Below, piece after piece: positions 50,426 through 59,422 of a DNA stretch of 64,000 nucleotides. The stretch comes from Candidatus Latescibacterota bacterium. Its GTDB lineage: Bacteria > Latescibacterota > UBA2968 > UBA8231. The first letter of the stretch is position 1. Every line of letters begins with the position of its first letter. The translations under genes were made by a program, and so were the position numbers. The notes beneath the pieces are model-generated. The model was not told the origin of the DNA. It made no database searches and saw nothing but the letters and a program-made list of their open reading frames with translations. The stretch spans positions 1,312,001 to 1,376,000 of the forward strand of contig CBDAOB010000005.1 in NCBI GenBank assembly GCA_965197905.1. Reading direction: 5' to 3'.

Positions 50426-50478
50426 AATCGACCAGCCCTTCTTGTCATCGCCGGGCCATTGGTTCGGCGATGACAGGC

Positions 50479-51378
50479 CTACTTGAGCAGTGCCCGGAGA
50501 CGAACCGTAGCTGCCTTGTTCAGTCCTTTGCCCCGCTTGGTCTGATGTAGCGGTTTGGGTCTAGAGCCATCCTCATCATCAAAATCGTACTCTTTGGCCA
50601 ACTCACCGACAAACAGGATCTGGCCGCTCTTCTTTTTCACCTTGGCATCTGATGCAAGAGCTACAACAGCGCGGCCAACATACCACGGTGACTCTGTGTC
50701 TGTCATGGGTGAGTTGAACCGCATGACCCCCTCGGTGCGCACATAGCCGGGCCACAGGGACACACAACTCACGTCGCTGCTGCGCAGGTCTCGAGCCATG
50801 TCATTCGTCATTTTGTCCACACACAGCTTGGCCGACTGGTAGGCTACACCACCTTGACCGTGGCTGAAACTGTAGAAGGAAATGTTCACGATCAGTCCGT
50901 CTTGGGCTCTCAGCATCAAGGGAACGGCCAGAGAAGTCGCGATGTAACAAGAACGAACTCCCACCTCGAAGACCTCATCCCACTCGCGAACCGGCCTCTC
51001 CCAGAATCGGCCTTGGTAGAACTCGTTTCGGTGAAGGGGCTCATATCCGCCCCACGCATTGTTGACCATGACATCAAGTCGGCCGTACTCGCGGTCGATC
51101 CGATCAAAAACCCTTCGGACTTGGGTGTCACGACGATGGTCGCATCTGCAAACGATGGCCTTGCCGCCGAGAGCCTCGATCTCAGAGGCTGTCGACTGCA
51201 GCGAGCCCCGGAGCGCGACGGGGCCGCTTCCTTCCTTCAACGTTCGTCCCGTCAGATAGACCACGGCTCCAGCTTGGCCGAGAGCCAAGGCGATGCCACG
51301 ACCTACGCCTCTACTGGCGCCGGTTACCAGAGCAATCATACGAGATAGAGATGGGTCCGAGTCGGTCAACATTGCCAC
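50479..51378 (-). CDS. SDR family oxidoreductase, DHRS1-like (cassette)
   Basis: LVTGASRGVGRG, NNAWGG, YQSAK, WPGYVRTE. Confidence 0.92.
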   Translation of the reverse strand: MAMLTDSDPSLSRMIALVTGASRGVGRGIALALGQAGAVVYLTGRTLKEGSGPVALRGSLQSTASEIEALGGKAIVCRCDHRRDTQVRRVFDRIDREYGRLDVMVNNAWGGYEPLHRNEFYQGRFWERPVREWDEVFEVGVRSCYIATSLAVPLMLRAQDGLIVNISFYSFSHGQGGVAYQSAKLCVDKMTNDMARDLRSSDVSCVSLWPGYVRTEGVMRFNSPMTDTESPWYVGRAVVALASDAKVKKKSGQILFVGELAKEYDFDDEDGSRPKPLHQTKRGKGLNKAATVRLRALLK

Positions 51379-51414
51379 GATCTTGATTCGTCAGGTCTTC
51401 CTACGCGTTCTCAT

Positions 51415-51536
51415 CGATAACGCAAAGATGAGCCGCGACCAGACTCGCCGTTTGCGTTGATTAACCTAATCAGATTTGCGAATCACAGTCCACCGAGATC
51501 CACCGTTGGAATCGTCGGTTCCATCTTATGTTATCA
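51415..51536 (-). repeat. attC site (122 bp)
   Basis: Minus strand TGATAAC..ATGGAACCGACG..CGCGGCTCAT..GTTATCG. Confidence 0.88.
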
Positions 51537-51565
51537 CTCACGATCCGATTTTCGGGCATCTCTGA

Positions 51566-52360
51566 CTAACCAGAGATATCACGCTTGTCGTCAGAAAACT
51601 TGAATGCCTTGCCTCCAACGAGTTGGTCGCTGGTGATAGTTGAGCACCAGTGTGTCTCGATGTGCTGCACAACCAAATCTGTACCTTCAAAGTGATCCAT
51701 CTCATATCTATGGAAGGAATCAGTCAAGTCACGGCAGAGTAGTGGTTTCCTACCCAAGTAGACAAGCTGGCGAATTCCAAAGGGACGACCTAGTACACAG
51801 GCGTTTGTATGGACGCCCATGACGATGACATCCTCAATGTCTCGGTGTTCAAGCATATTGAATACCTCTTGGCCGTTATCGCTGATTGCGTCCTCCTCAG
51901 CAATCTTGATCGTATCAATCTGACGGGTCCAGGGGTAATGGTCGGCTGGACAGGCGGGTTCGGATAAGTCGCATGAGCACTCCCCTGGATCAGATGGGAA
52001 GGGCGGCTCCCGTTCCTGATTCCAGTATCTCCCAGTGAACTCCATCGCAGCACTTGCATGCGGTGTCTGCTGGGCCTGCGTGCGTTGTGGTGTATCGGCA
52101 TAAAATGCCATGCAATCACTGGGAGCGTGGATGATCAACACTCCTTCCTCTCGAATGCTATTTATCACCTCGTTCATGCGCGGCGCCATTTCGTCTACAC
52201 GCTTGGCGGCCGAGGTACACCAATGTGTGTCCCACATATCGCAGACGATCGCAGCAGTCTTGCCTGGTTTCCACTCGACCTCATCTATGACAACCTGAGA
52301 GGCTGTGCTATCTTCCTCCAATTGGAGACGATAACGCTTGCGTAAGCTATACCCATTCAT
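51566..52360 (-). CDS. Isochorismatase/nicotinamidase-like hydrolase (cassette)
   Basis: IVCDMWDTHWC, IIHAPS, MGVHTNACVLGRPFG. Confidence 0.85.
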   Translation of the reverse strand: MNGYSLRKRYRLQLEEDSTASQVVIDEVEWKPGKTAAIVCDMWDTHWCTSAAKRVDEMAPRMNEVINSIREEGVLIIHAPSDCMAFYADTPQRTQAQQTPHASAAMEFTGRYWNQEREPPFPSDPGECSCDLSEPACPADHYPWTRQIDTIKIAEEDAISDNGQEVFNMLEHRDIEDVIVMGVHTNACVLGRPFGIRQLVYLGRKPLLCRDLTDSFHRYEMDHFEGTDLVVQHIETHWCSTITSDQLVGGKAFKFSDDKRDISG

Positions 52361-52552
52361 TTGAGGAGATCCCCTTGTGATCCAGTGTCTCTAAGTTGGA
52401 TGTGAGACGTCTCCGGTTCAGCACTCAGGTTCATTGTTTTTGATGGTTCGGGGAAACTGCGAATTGAGATGATGGGAGAGCGTCGTCCCGGCACCTCGCT
52501 TTGGTTCCTTGAAGGATGTTCAGTTTCACCAGTCCTGGAGCTCATTCTTGTG

Positions 52553-52625
52553 TGATAACGCCACGCATCAGCGGCGCACAGCGAGCGCAACGAGTAGTGC
52601 GTCCGACTGCATGCGCTTGTTAGAC
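52553..52625 (-). repeat. attC site (73 bp, classical short type)
   Basis: Minus strand GTCTAAC AAGCGCATGCAGTCGGAC..GCCGCTGATGCGTGGC GTTATCA. Confidence 0.92.
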
Positions 52626-52631
52626 TGTATA

Positions 52632-53654
52632 TCAACCTCCAGCGGTACTCAGCATCGCCCTGGTCTCGTCCGTCAGCCGTATGTGCGGCGGGGACATGCC
52701 CGGCAGCAACACACTCGGGTCGCTCTCCACATGCGCCAGTGGATGGAGCTTTGTGAGCGCCGGGTTCGCAGAGTACTCTTTTTCCTCCCGGGGCTCGTTA
52801 AACCAGCACGGCGAAAACTCCAGAATGCGTTTCTGCCGCTCAGTGAGTTCGGGGTCGTTGGTGTCGTACGCGACGTCGCCGTGATGCATGCCAAAAGGAA
52901 CATACTTGTAGAAGAGCGTGCGACGCTCGCCGCTCGCCGCCCACGGAATTGTACCATGTTTGAGCTTCTCAGTGAACAGAATGCAGTCCCCAGCCTTGGC
53001 CTCGACCCGGTGCACCGGCACATCTTCACCCCAGTTTGGCAGCTGCGATGTCCACTCCGTGTCGCACCAGTTCGGCTTCCAGTCGCCGTCAATGTCCAGC
53101 AGTTTCTGCTCGTTGGCCGGCTTGTGTGTGCCCACAACACACCCAAAGCCCCCGTCATCTGGTCCGACGGTCTTGAGTTCATACACACAGGTGATATGAA
53201 AGCTGCCCGGGCCTCCGTGGAGCGTCCCGCCTTTGTCCTCGCCGTCTGTCGGTTTCCGGCCAGGCTTGTAGTGTATATTGTCGTGATCTAGCCGGAACAA
53301 GGTGCGAAGCTCTGCCGGCATGTGTGCAGGGGCATGGCCCCACGACGGGTCACCGAGAATCTCTTCCAAGATGGGCAGCATGGTCTCGTTGTCGATCAGG
53401 TCCCTGTAGGCTTTGCTCCAGAGCCTTCTTCCCACGTACGTGTTGCCATGCCGATCCGTTGTCTGGTGAGTGTCGCGCCCCCGGATGGAGAAGCGGATCT
53501 TTTTATCGGTGCCGCCCTTAGACCGGATCTCCTCCCGCTCAAGGATGTGCTGATCATATACTTCATTGAGCTCGTCGAGCTGCTGTTGATTGAGCACGTC
53601 GGGCACGACGACATAGCCTTGTCGTGCGAATGTGTCGCGCATCGCGTCGTCCAT
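52632..53654 (-). CDS. Phytanoyl-CoA dioxygenase (PhyH) family protein (cassette)
   Basis: FARQGYVVVPDVL, LHGG, GGFGCVVGTH, AGDCILFTE..HGT, ERRTLFYKY. Confidence 0.85.
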   Translation of the reverse strand: MDDAMRDTFARQGYVVVPDVLNQQQLDELNEVYDQHILEREEIRSKGGTDKKIRFSIRGRDTHQTTDRHGNTYVGRRLWSKAYRDLIDNETMLPILEEILGDPSWGHAPAHMPAELRTLFRLDHDNIHYKPGRKPTDGEDKGGTLHGGPGSFHITCVYELKTVGPDDGGFGCVVGTHKPANEQKLLDIDGDWKPNWCDTEWTSQLPNWGEDVPVHRVEAKAGDCILFTEKLKHGTIPWAASGERRTLFYKYVPFGMHHGDVAYDTNDPELTERQKRILEFSPCWFNEPREEKEYSANPALTKLHPLAHVESDPSVLLPGMSPPHIRLTDETRAMLSTAGG

Positions 53655-53683
53655 CTTCTAATCTCCTCGACGTGTAAGAAGTA

Positions 53684-53855
53684 AGTACGTGTTCATAAGT
53701 TTGGGTTGATTTTAAGTGATTTGAAAATCGATGCGATATTGCTGACCGTAATGTCTGAGGATGTGCTGTATCGAATCGAGTAAGGCTTTGAAATCCGTGT
53801 ACGCCGCAAAAGGCAACCACTTATACTTTATCCGCCGCCACAGAATCTCAATCTT
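53684..53855 (-). mobile_element. IS630-family transposase C-terminal remnant
   Basis: IEILWRRIKYKWLPFAAY..YRIDF tail; TA-bounded end near 53684; locally AT-rich. Confidence 0.7.
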
Positions 53856-54010
53856 CTTAGCTTGGGCGGATTGGTTGCTTGTGGTCCCACTGGTAATTTC
53901 GGGAAGCATTCGTGTGATTCTTGGGCATGCTTGGGGTTATGTCCTTTGGGTACCCACGTAACAATTGTTGGTTGCAGAGTTCTGCCTCCAATCTTAATGT
54001 TGCATGCAAG

Positions 54011-54040
54011 CAGTCTAACAATACAGTACGTGGACGTCCT
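54011..54040 (-). other. Putative attI-like recombination point at the array head
   Basis: GTTAGACTG on minus strand is complementary to the inverse core CAGTCTAAC of the first attC, but no matching attC arms are present. Confidence 0.6.
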
Positions 54041-54369
54041 CATTATCTGGCCTTACTTTTCGCCTGCCCCCACTGCGCCGACACCTTCGCCACACCAACT
54101 AAACAGCGTTAACTCCTGCAACGCAAACGAAGTTCGGCGAGGTGAGCCCTGCCAAGCTGCCCACCTCGTCGGCCCCTTTCGCGGCATATCTGATTATTAC
54201 GTGGCAAATTGGGACATTCACATTTAGTCGACGGCGTACACCCTACACCGTCGTTGCCTCCAAATATCAAGGCGATCCGGAAAGCACGATAGCGGCATAA
54301 TGGGGGCGGCACCGCTGCCATCAGGGCTCTCGATGTTACTCACGTCCCGTAGTGCACAGGTGAAGTGTA

Positions 54370-54519
54370 CCTGGGCCGCCGTGAACCCAACATCTAGAGC
54401 CCGTCAGGAACCGAAATCCACGCCACACTAGGCGCCGCGCCGCTTCGGCCGCGTCGCGAGCCGCCAAACGAACCGATACATCGCCCAGTTCACGCACCCG
54501 CTGGCTTGCCGCGACTACC
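54370..54519. repeat. 150-bp dispersed repeat, copy 2
   Basis: Direct repeat of 32458-32607. Confidence 0.9.
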
Positions 54520-54660
54520 AATGGCACGAGGTGAAATTGAGCTTTTGAGATGGCGATTGACAACATTAAGGGGTGGTCGTATAGTCGGTGCGATCCGAGA
54601 ATAATGCGTTTAAGAAAGCACTGAATTCCATCTGGGAAATGTCTTTTGGAGGTAACGCAG

Positions 54661-56775
54661 ATGTCGCAACAGAAGCGTCTTGAACACCCCGAGACACCGT
54701 TTCCCGTGGGGGTGGAATACTATAGGGCACCGATCCCCAAGCAGGAGTGCTGGGACGAGGATCTTGCCAGGCTGCGTGCGGCGGGTTTTGGCGTTATACG
54801 CAGCGCTTCCTACTGGAACTGGATGGAGCCTCGACCAGGCCAATACGAGCTTGACGATTTCGATAGGCTGTTCGACTTGGCGAAGAAACACGGATTGTAT
54901 GTATGGTTGGACATCATGCTAAACACTCATGGTGCATGTCCGGAATGGTTGATGAGGGAGTATCCTGACATGCGTATTGTAAACTATCGGGGAGAACCGG
55001 CCCATTCTTATGCTGGTGGGGCAATCCCTCAGGGCGGCATGACGCATTGCTACGACCATCCAGCATGGCGGGAGTACGGGGGAGCTTTGCTCCGGCACAT
55101 TGTGCATCGGTACAAGGATCGGCCCAATCTGCTCATCTGGGGGCTGTGGGATGGCATCCAGCCAGCATCGGCCAAGAACTCGGAGCATTACCCTTGCTAC
55201 TGCGATTACACCATCGCCAAATATAAGGCCTGGCTGAGGGAGCGGTTCACGCTAGATGAGCTAAATGCACGGTTGCTCCGTCGCTACCGCCGCTGGGAGG
55301 ATGTGGAGCCGCCGCGATCCAACCATGCCATAGTAGAGATGCTGCCCTACCGACAGTTCCACTACGAAAATCTGGTAGAGCAGCTCAAGTGGATGGTTAA
55401 GGAGGTGGAGAGTATCGACCCTCATCATGAGATGCGGGCACATTCAACCTCGAGACCCCGGCCCTTTGATGAGCAATGCGCCCGCCACATAGACAGTTGG
55501 GGCATGTCCATGAGTTCCAATGACCTGCTTGCCTCTGAAGACCCTTATAAGATTGCGGAGCGGGTCTTTGCTTTCGATTGGTCGCGCAGCGTGGGGCGCA
55601 ACGGGCGCTGGTGGATCGAGGAGATCTACGCCGGCATGAGTCCCGCCGGAGTGGGCTGGAAGACCAAGCAGTCCGACCCTCGTGAGCTGACCACTTTGCT
55701 TTGGATGTCCCTGGCCGGTGGGGCGGCGGGTGCCATGTTCTGGCAGTACCGGCCCGAATACCTCAGCTTCGAGTCGCCGGGCTTTAACCTGGTGGCCCTG
55801 GACGGTGAGCCAACGCCTCGCTTTGAGGGTGTGGCCCATGCAATCCAGCAGATCAAGGGCCTGAAGGACCACTTGCCCCTGGAGTGCCCTAAGGCAGAGG
55901 TGGGCATTGTTTACCACCCCCAGTCACAGGAGTTGTTTGGCTTCGACGACCAGTGGGGATGGGATGGCGTTAAACGCTATCTGGCCGACTTGCGCGGGGT
56001 GTACCGTACCTTGTGGACCCATGGTATACCTGCTGACGTGGTGACACCTCAGATGGACTGGTCGGGCTACCGGCTGCTGTTCCTACCCAATGTGGCATTG
56101 ATGACAGAGGAGGTGCAGCAACGGATTATGCGTACGCTGAAGGATAGCCCTGAGACCCATCTGGTTGCGGAGGGTAGCTTTGGCATGTACTCCGGCGATG
56201 GACAGTCCAGCTACCACCCGCCCGAAGGGTTTGCACAGCACTTTGGCGTGCGTGTGGCGGACGTCAACCGCGTGACCGAACTTGACATCCAGCAAGGGCA
56301 GAACACGATGGAGACCCCCTACGGCACAGTCACCATTACGACACCCTGTGGATACGCGGTCCTTGAGCCGAGAGGTGGAACCAAGGCCATTGCATCCCTG
56401 GGTACCGACACCGTGGCGGTGCGTACGGCGGACGGCCGTTTCACCTGTTATGGGTTGACCTTCTCCGCGGGATTTGGGGATGTGGGGCTGCCCAAGCTGG
56501 TGCTAGGCCAGGCTAAAGAGTTTGGTATTCAGCCACCCGTGATTGTAGAGGGAGACAGAGTGGTGCCGGTGGTGAGACGCTCTCAGCAGGGTGGCTGGTT
56601 ACTATTCTTGTTCAACATCGAGGACAAAAAGGCTCGGGTGACACTCCGTCCACAGTGGAAGACGAAGAAGGCGCAAGAGTTGCTCAAGGGCTCCACACTC
56701 TCTCTCGCTGATGGTACTTTCAGTCTTACGGTAGAGTCCTGGAGTGTGAGCGTGATTCACTGTGCCGTGGGATGA
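54661..56775 (+). CDS. GH42-like beta-galactosidase family protein
   Basis: GVEYY, WNWMEPRPGQY, CPEWL, CYDHP, FWQYRP, trimerisation domain; GGAGGT RBS. Confidence 0.88.
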   Translation: MSQQKRLEHPETPFPVGVEYYRAPIPKQECWDEDLARLRAAGFGVIRSASYWNWMEPRPGQYELDDFDRLFDLAKKHGLYVWLDIMLNTHGACPEWLMREYPDMRIVNYRGEPAHSYAGGAIPQGGMTHCYDHPAWREYGGALLRHIVHRYKDRPNLLIWGLWDGIQPASAKNSEHYPCYCDYTIAKYKAWLRERFTLDELNARLLRRYRRWEDVEPPRSNHAIVEMLPYRQFHYENLVEQLKWMVKEVESIDPHHEMRAHSTSRPRPFDEQCARHIDSWGMSMSSNDLLASEDPYKIAERVFAFDWSRSVGRNGRWWIEEIYAGMSPAGVGWKTKQSDPRELTTLLWMSLAGGAAGAMFWQYRPEYLSFESPGFNLVALDGEPTPRFEGVAHAIQQIKGLKDHLPLECPKAEVGIVYHPQSQELFGFDDQWGWDGVKRYLADLRGVYRTLWTHGIPADVVTPQMDWSGYRLLFLPNVALMTEEVQQRIMRTLKDSPETHLVAEGSFGMYSGDGQSSYHPPEGFAQHFGVRVADVNRVTELDIQQGQNTMETPYGTVTITTPCGYAVLEPRGGTKAIASLGTDTVAVRTADGRFTCYGLTFSAGFGDVGLPKLVLGQAKEFGIQPPVIVEGDRVVPVVRRSQQGGWLLFLFNIEDKKARVTLRPQWKTKKAQELLKGSTLSLADGTFSLTVESWSVSVIHCAVG

Positions 56776-56789
56776 CGACATACAGGGCA

Positions 56790-57040
56790 GGATCAGACGC
56801 CCGCAGCTACCTATCGCCGCTCCTGGGCCACATTGTTGGCACGGGTTTTTCGCCTCGAGGTGACAAGGTGTCCGGAATGCGGCGGCCCGATGAGGATCAT
56901 CGCCGCCTTCACCGACCCAACATCGATCCGCCGCTATCTGCACGGCATGGGCCTGCCAGCGCGGGCGCCGCCGATCGCACCCGCACGACCCCAACCGCAG
57001 ACTGAATTCGACTACGCCTGATCCTCTGCGGGCGAGGTAT
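56790..57040 (+). mobile_element. IS91-like transposase C-terminal remnant
   Basis: WATLLARVF..CPECGGPMRIIA..DP..IRRYL..GLPARAPPIAPARP. Confidence 0.75.
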
Positions 57041-57241
57041 GTCTACAGGCTGCGCAAAAGCGGCGTGCAGGCGCCCGAAGTGGAAGCGATAGCCTACAAG
57101 GAATGAGTAGCAGGCGAAATTTTCCTCCGGGGACTGGGAAGTAACAAAATCATTCAGAGTGTGCTTGCAGGCAGAGGCTGGTAAGGCTTTTCTTTTATTG
57201 TTTTGTAGAACGCCCAAATGGGCCGCAGAGGAGGTGTATGG

Positions 57242-59360
57242 ATGGACAAAGCGAAGCGTCTTGAGCATCCCGAGACTCCGTTCCCCATAGGTGTCGAGTA
57301 CTATAGAGCGCCCATCCCCAAGCAGGAGTGCTGGGACGAGGACTTTGCCCGGCTGCGTGCGGCCGGTTTTCGCGTTGTACGTAGCGCTTCCTACTGGAAT
57401 TGGATGGAGCCTCGACCAGGCCAATATGAGCTGGAAGATTTTGACCAGCTGTTCGACTTGGCGGAGAAACATGGATTGTATGTATGGCTAGACATCATGC
57501 TAAGCACTCATGGTGCATGTCCGGAATGGTTGATGAGGGAGTATCCCGACATTCGTATTGTAAACTATCGGGGCGAACCAGCCCTTGATTATCGCGCTGG
57601 GGCGTTCCCTCAAGGCGGCATAAGACATTGCTATGACCACCCGGCCTGGCGTGAGTACGGGGGGGCTCTGCTACGCCATGTGGTGAACCGGTATAAAGAC
57701 CGTCCTAACCTGCTCATCTGGGGGCTGTGGGATGGCGTCGCTCCAGCATCGTCCGGGCACTCGGAAAAATACCCTTGCTACTGCGACTGCACCGTCGCTA
57801 AATATATGGCCTGGCTGCGAGAGCGGTTCACGCTGGAGGAACTGAACAGGCGGCTGCTCCGTCGATACCGCCGCTGGGAGGATCCCCGTGGAGCCGCCGC
57901 GATCCAACCAAGCCATAGTAGAGATGCTGCCCTACCGACAGTTCCACTATGAAAATCTAGTGGATCACCTAAAATGGATGGTAAACGAGGTGGAGCAGAT
58001 AGACCCGAAACACGAGATGCGGGCACATTCACTCTCGAGACCCCGACCCTGGGATGAGCAATGCGCCTGCCAGGTGGACAGTTGGGGCATGTCCATGAGC
58101 TCCAATGATCTGCTCACCTCTGAGGATCCTTATAAGATTGCGGAGCGGGCCTTTGCTTTCGATTGGACACGCAGCGTGGGGCGCAATGGGCGCTGGTGGA
58201 ACGAGGAAATCTACGCCGGCATGAGTCCCGCCGGAGTGGGCTGGGAGACCAAGCAGTCCGACCCTCGGGAACTGACGATGTTGTTGTGGATGACCCTGGC
58301 CGGAGGAGCGGCGGGCGCTATGTTCTGGCAGTACCGACCCGAGTATCTCAGCTTCGAGTCGCCGGGCTTCAACCTGGTGGCCCTGGACGGTGAGCCGACT
58401 CCTCGCTTTGAGGGCGTGGCCCATGCAATTCAGCAGATCGAGGGCCTTAAGGACCACTTGCCCCTGGAGTGCCCCAAGGCAGATGTAGCAATCGTTTATC
58501 ACTCCCAGTCCCACGAAGTCTTTGGCTTCAGCGACCGGTCGCTGAAGGCATACGACGCAAGATACATGGCCGACCTGCGTGGGGTATATAGAACGTTGTG
58601 GACCCATGGCATACCCGCTGATGTGGTGACGCCTCGGATGGACTGGTCGGGCTACCGGTTGCTGTTTCTACCCAATGTGGCATTGATGACAGAGGAGATG
58701 CAGCAACGGATTATGCGTACGCTGAAGGAAAGCCCGGAGACGCGTCTGGTTGCGGAGGGCAGCTTCGGCATGTACTCCAGCGACGGCCAGTCCAGCTATC
58801 TTCCACCCGAAGGGTTTGCAGAGCTTTTTGGCATGCGCGTGTCGGACCTCAGCCGTGTGACCGAACGTGACATCCAGCAGGGGCAGAACAGGATGGAGAC
58901 TCCCTACAGCCCGGTCACCATTACGACACCGTGCGGATACGCGGTCCTTGAGCCAAGAGGTGGAACCAAGGCCATCGCATCCCTGGGTACCGACACCGTG
59001 GCAGTGCGAACGGAGGATGGACGCTTTACCTGGTACGGGTTGACCTTCTCCGCTGGATTTGGGGATGTGGGGCAGCCCACGCTGGTGCTGGGCCTGGCCA
59101 AGGAGTTTGGTGTTCAGCCGCCCGTGACTGTAGAAGGAGACAGGGTGGTGCCGGTGGTGAGACGCTCACGGCAAGGTGGCTGTTTGCTGTTCCTGTTCAA
59201 CGTCGAGGACAAAGAAGCTCAGGTGACACTATGTCCACAGTGGAAGACGAGGGAGGCGCAAGACTTGCTCAAGGGCTCCACGCTCTCTCTCACTGATGGT
59301 GCTTTTAGTCTTACAGTAGAGCCCTGGAGTGTGGATGTGATTCACTGTGCCGATGAATGA
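57242..59360 (+). CDS. Second GH42-like paralog (frameshift: CCCC inserted at 57884-57887)
   Basis: Collinear with 54661-56775; copy 1 GAGGATGTGGAG versus copy 2 GAGGATCCCCGTGGAG. Confidence 0.88.
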
Positions 59361-59422
59361 TACATTACAATAAGCCGGGACTTCCAAATCTTGATTGTTG
59401 TCGAGTAAACTACACATGGTGG

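Larger units (their letters stand above)
41302..54019 (-). mobile_element. Integron-type gene cassette array without intact integrase (CALIN)
   Basis: Nine attC sites separating co-oriented genes; complementary core sites at cassette boundaries. Confidence 0.9.

Noticed and set aside
41302..54019. CRISPR array or simple terminators as explanation for the intergenic repeats
   Set aside because: Repeats are 73-127 bp, divergent, separated by whole genes, bounded by TAAC/GTT cores, and lack T-tails.
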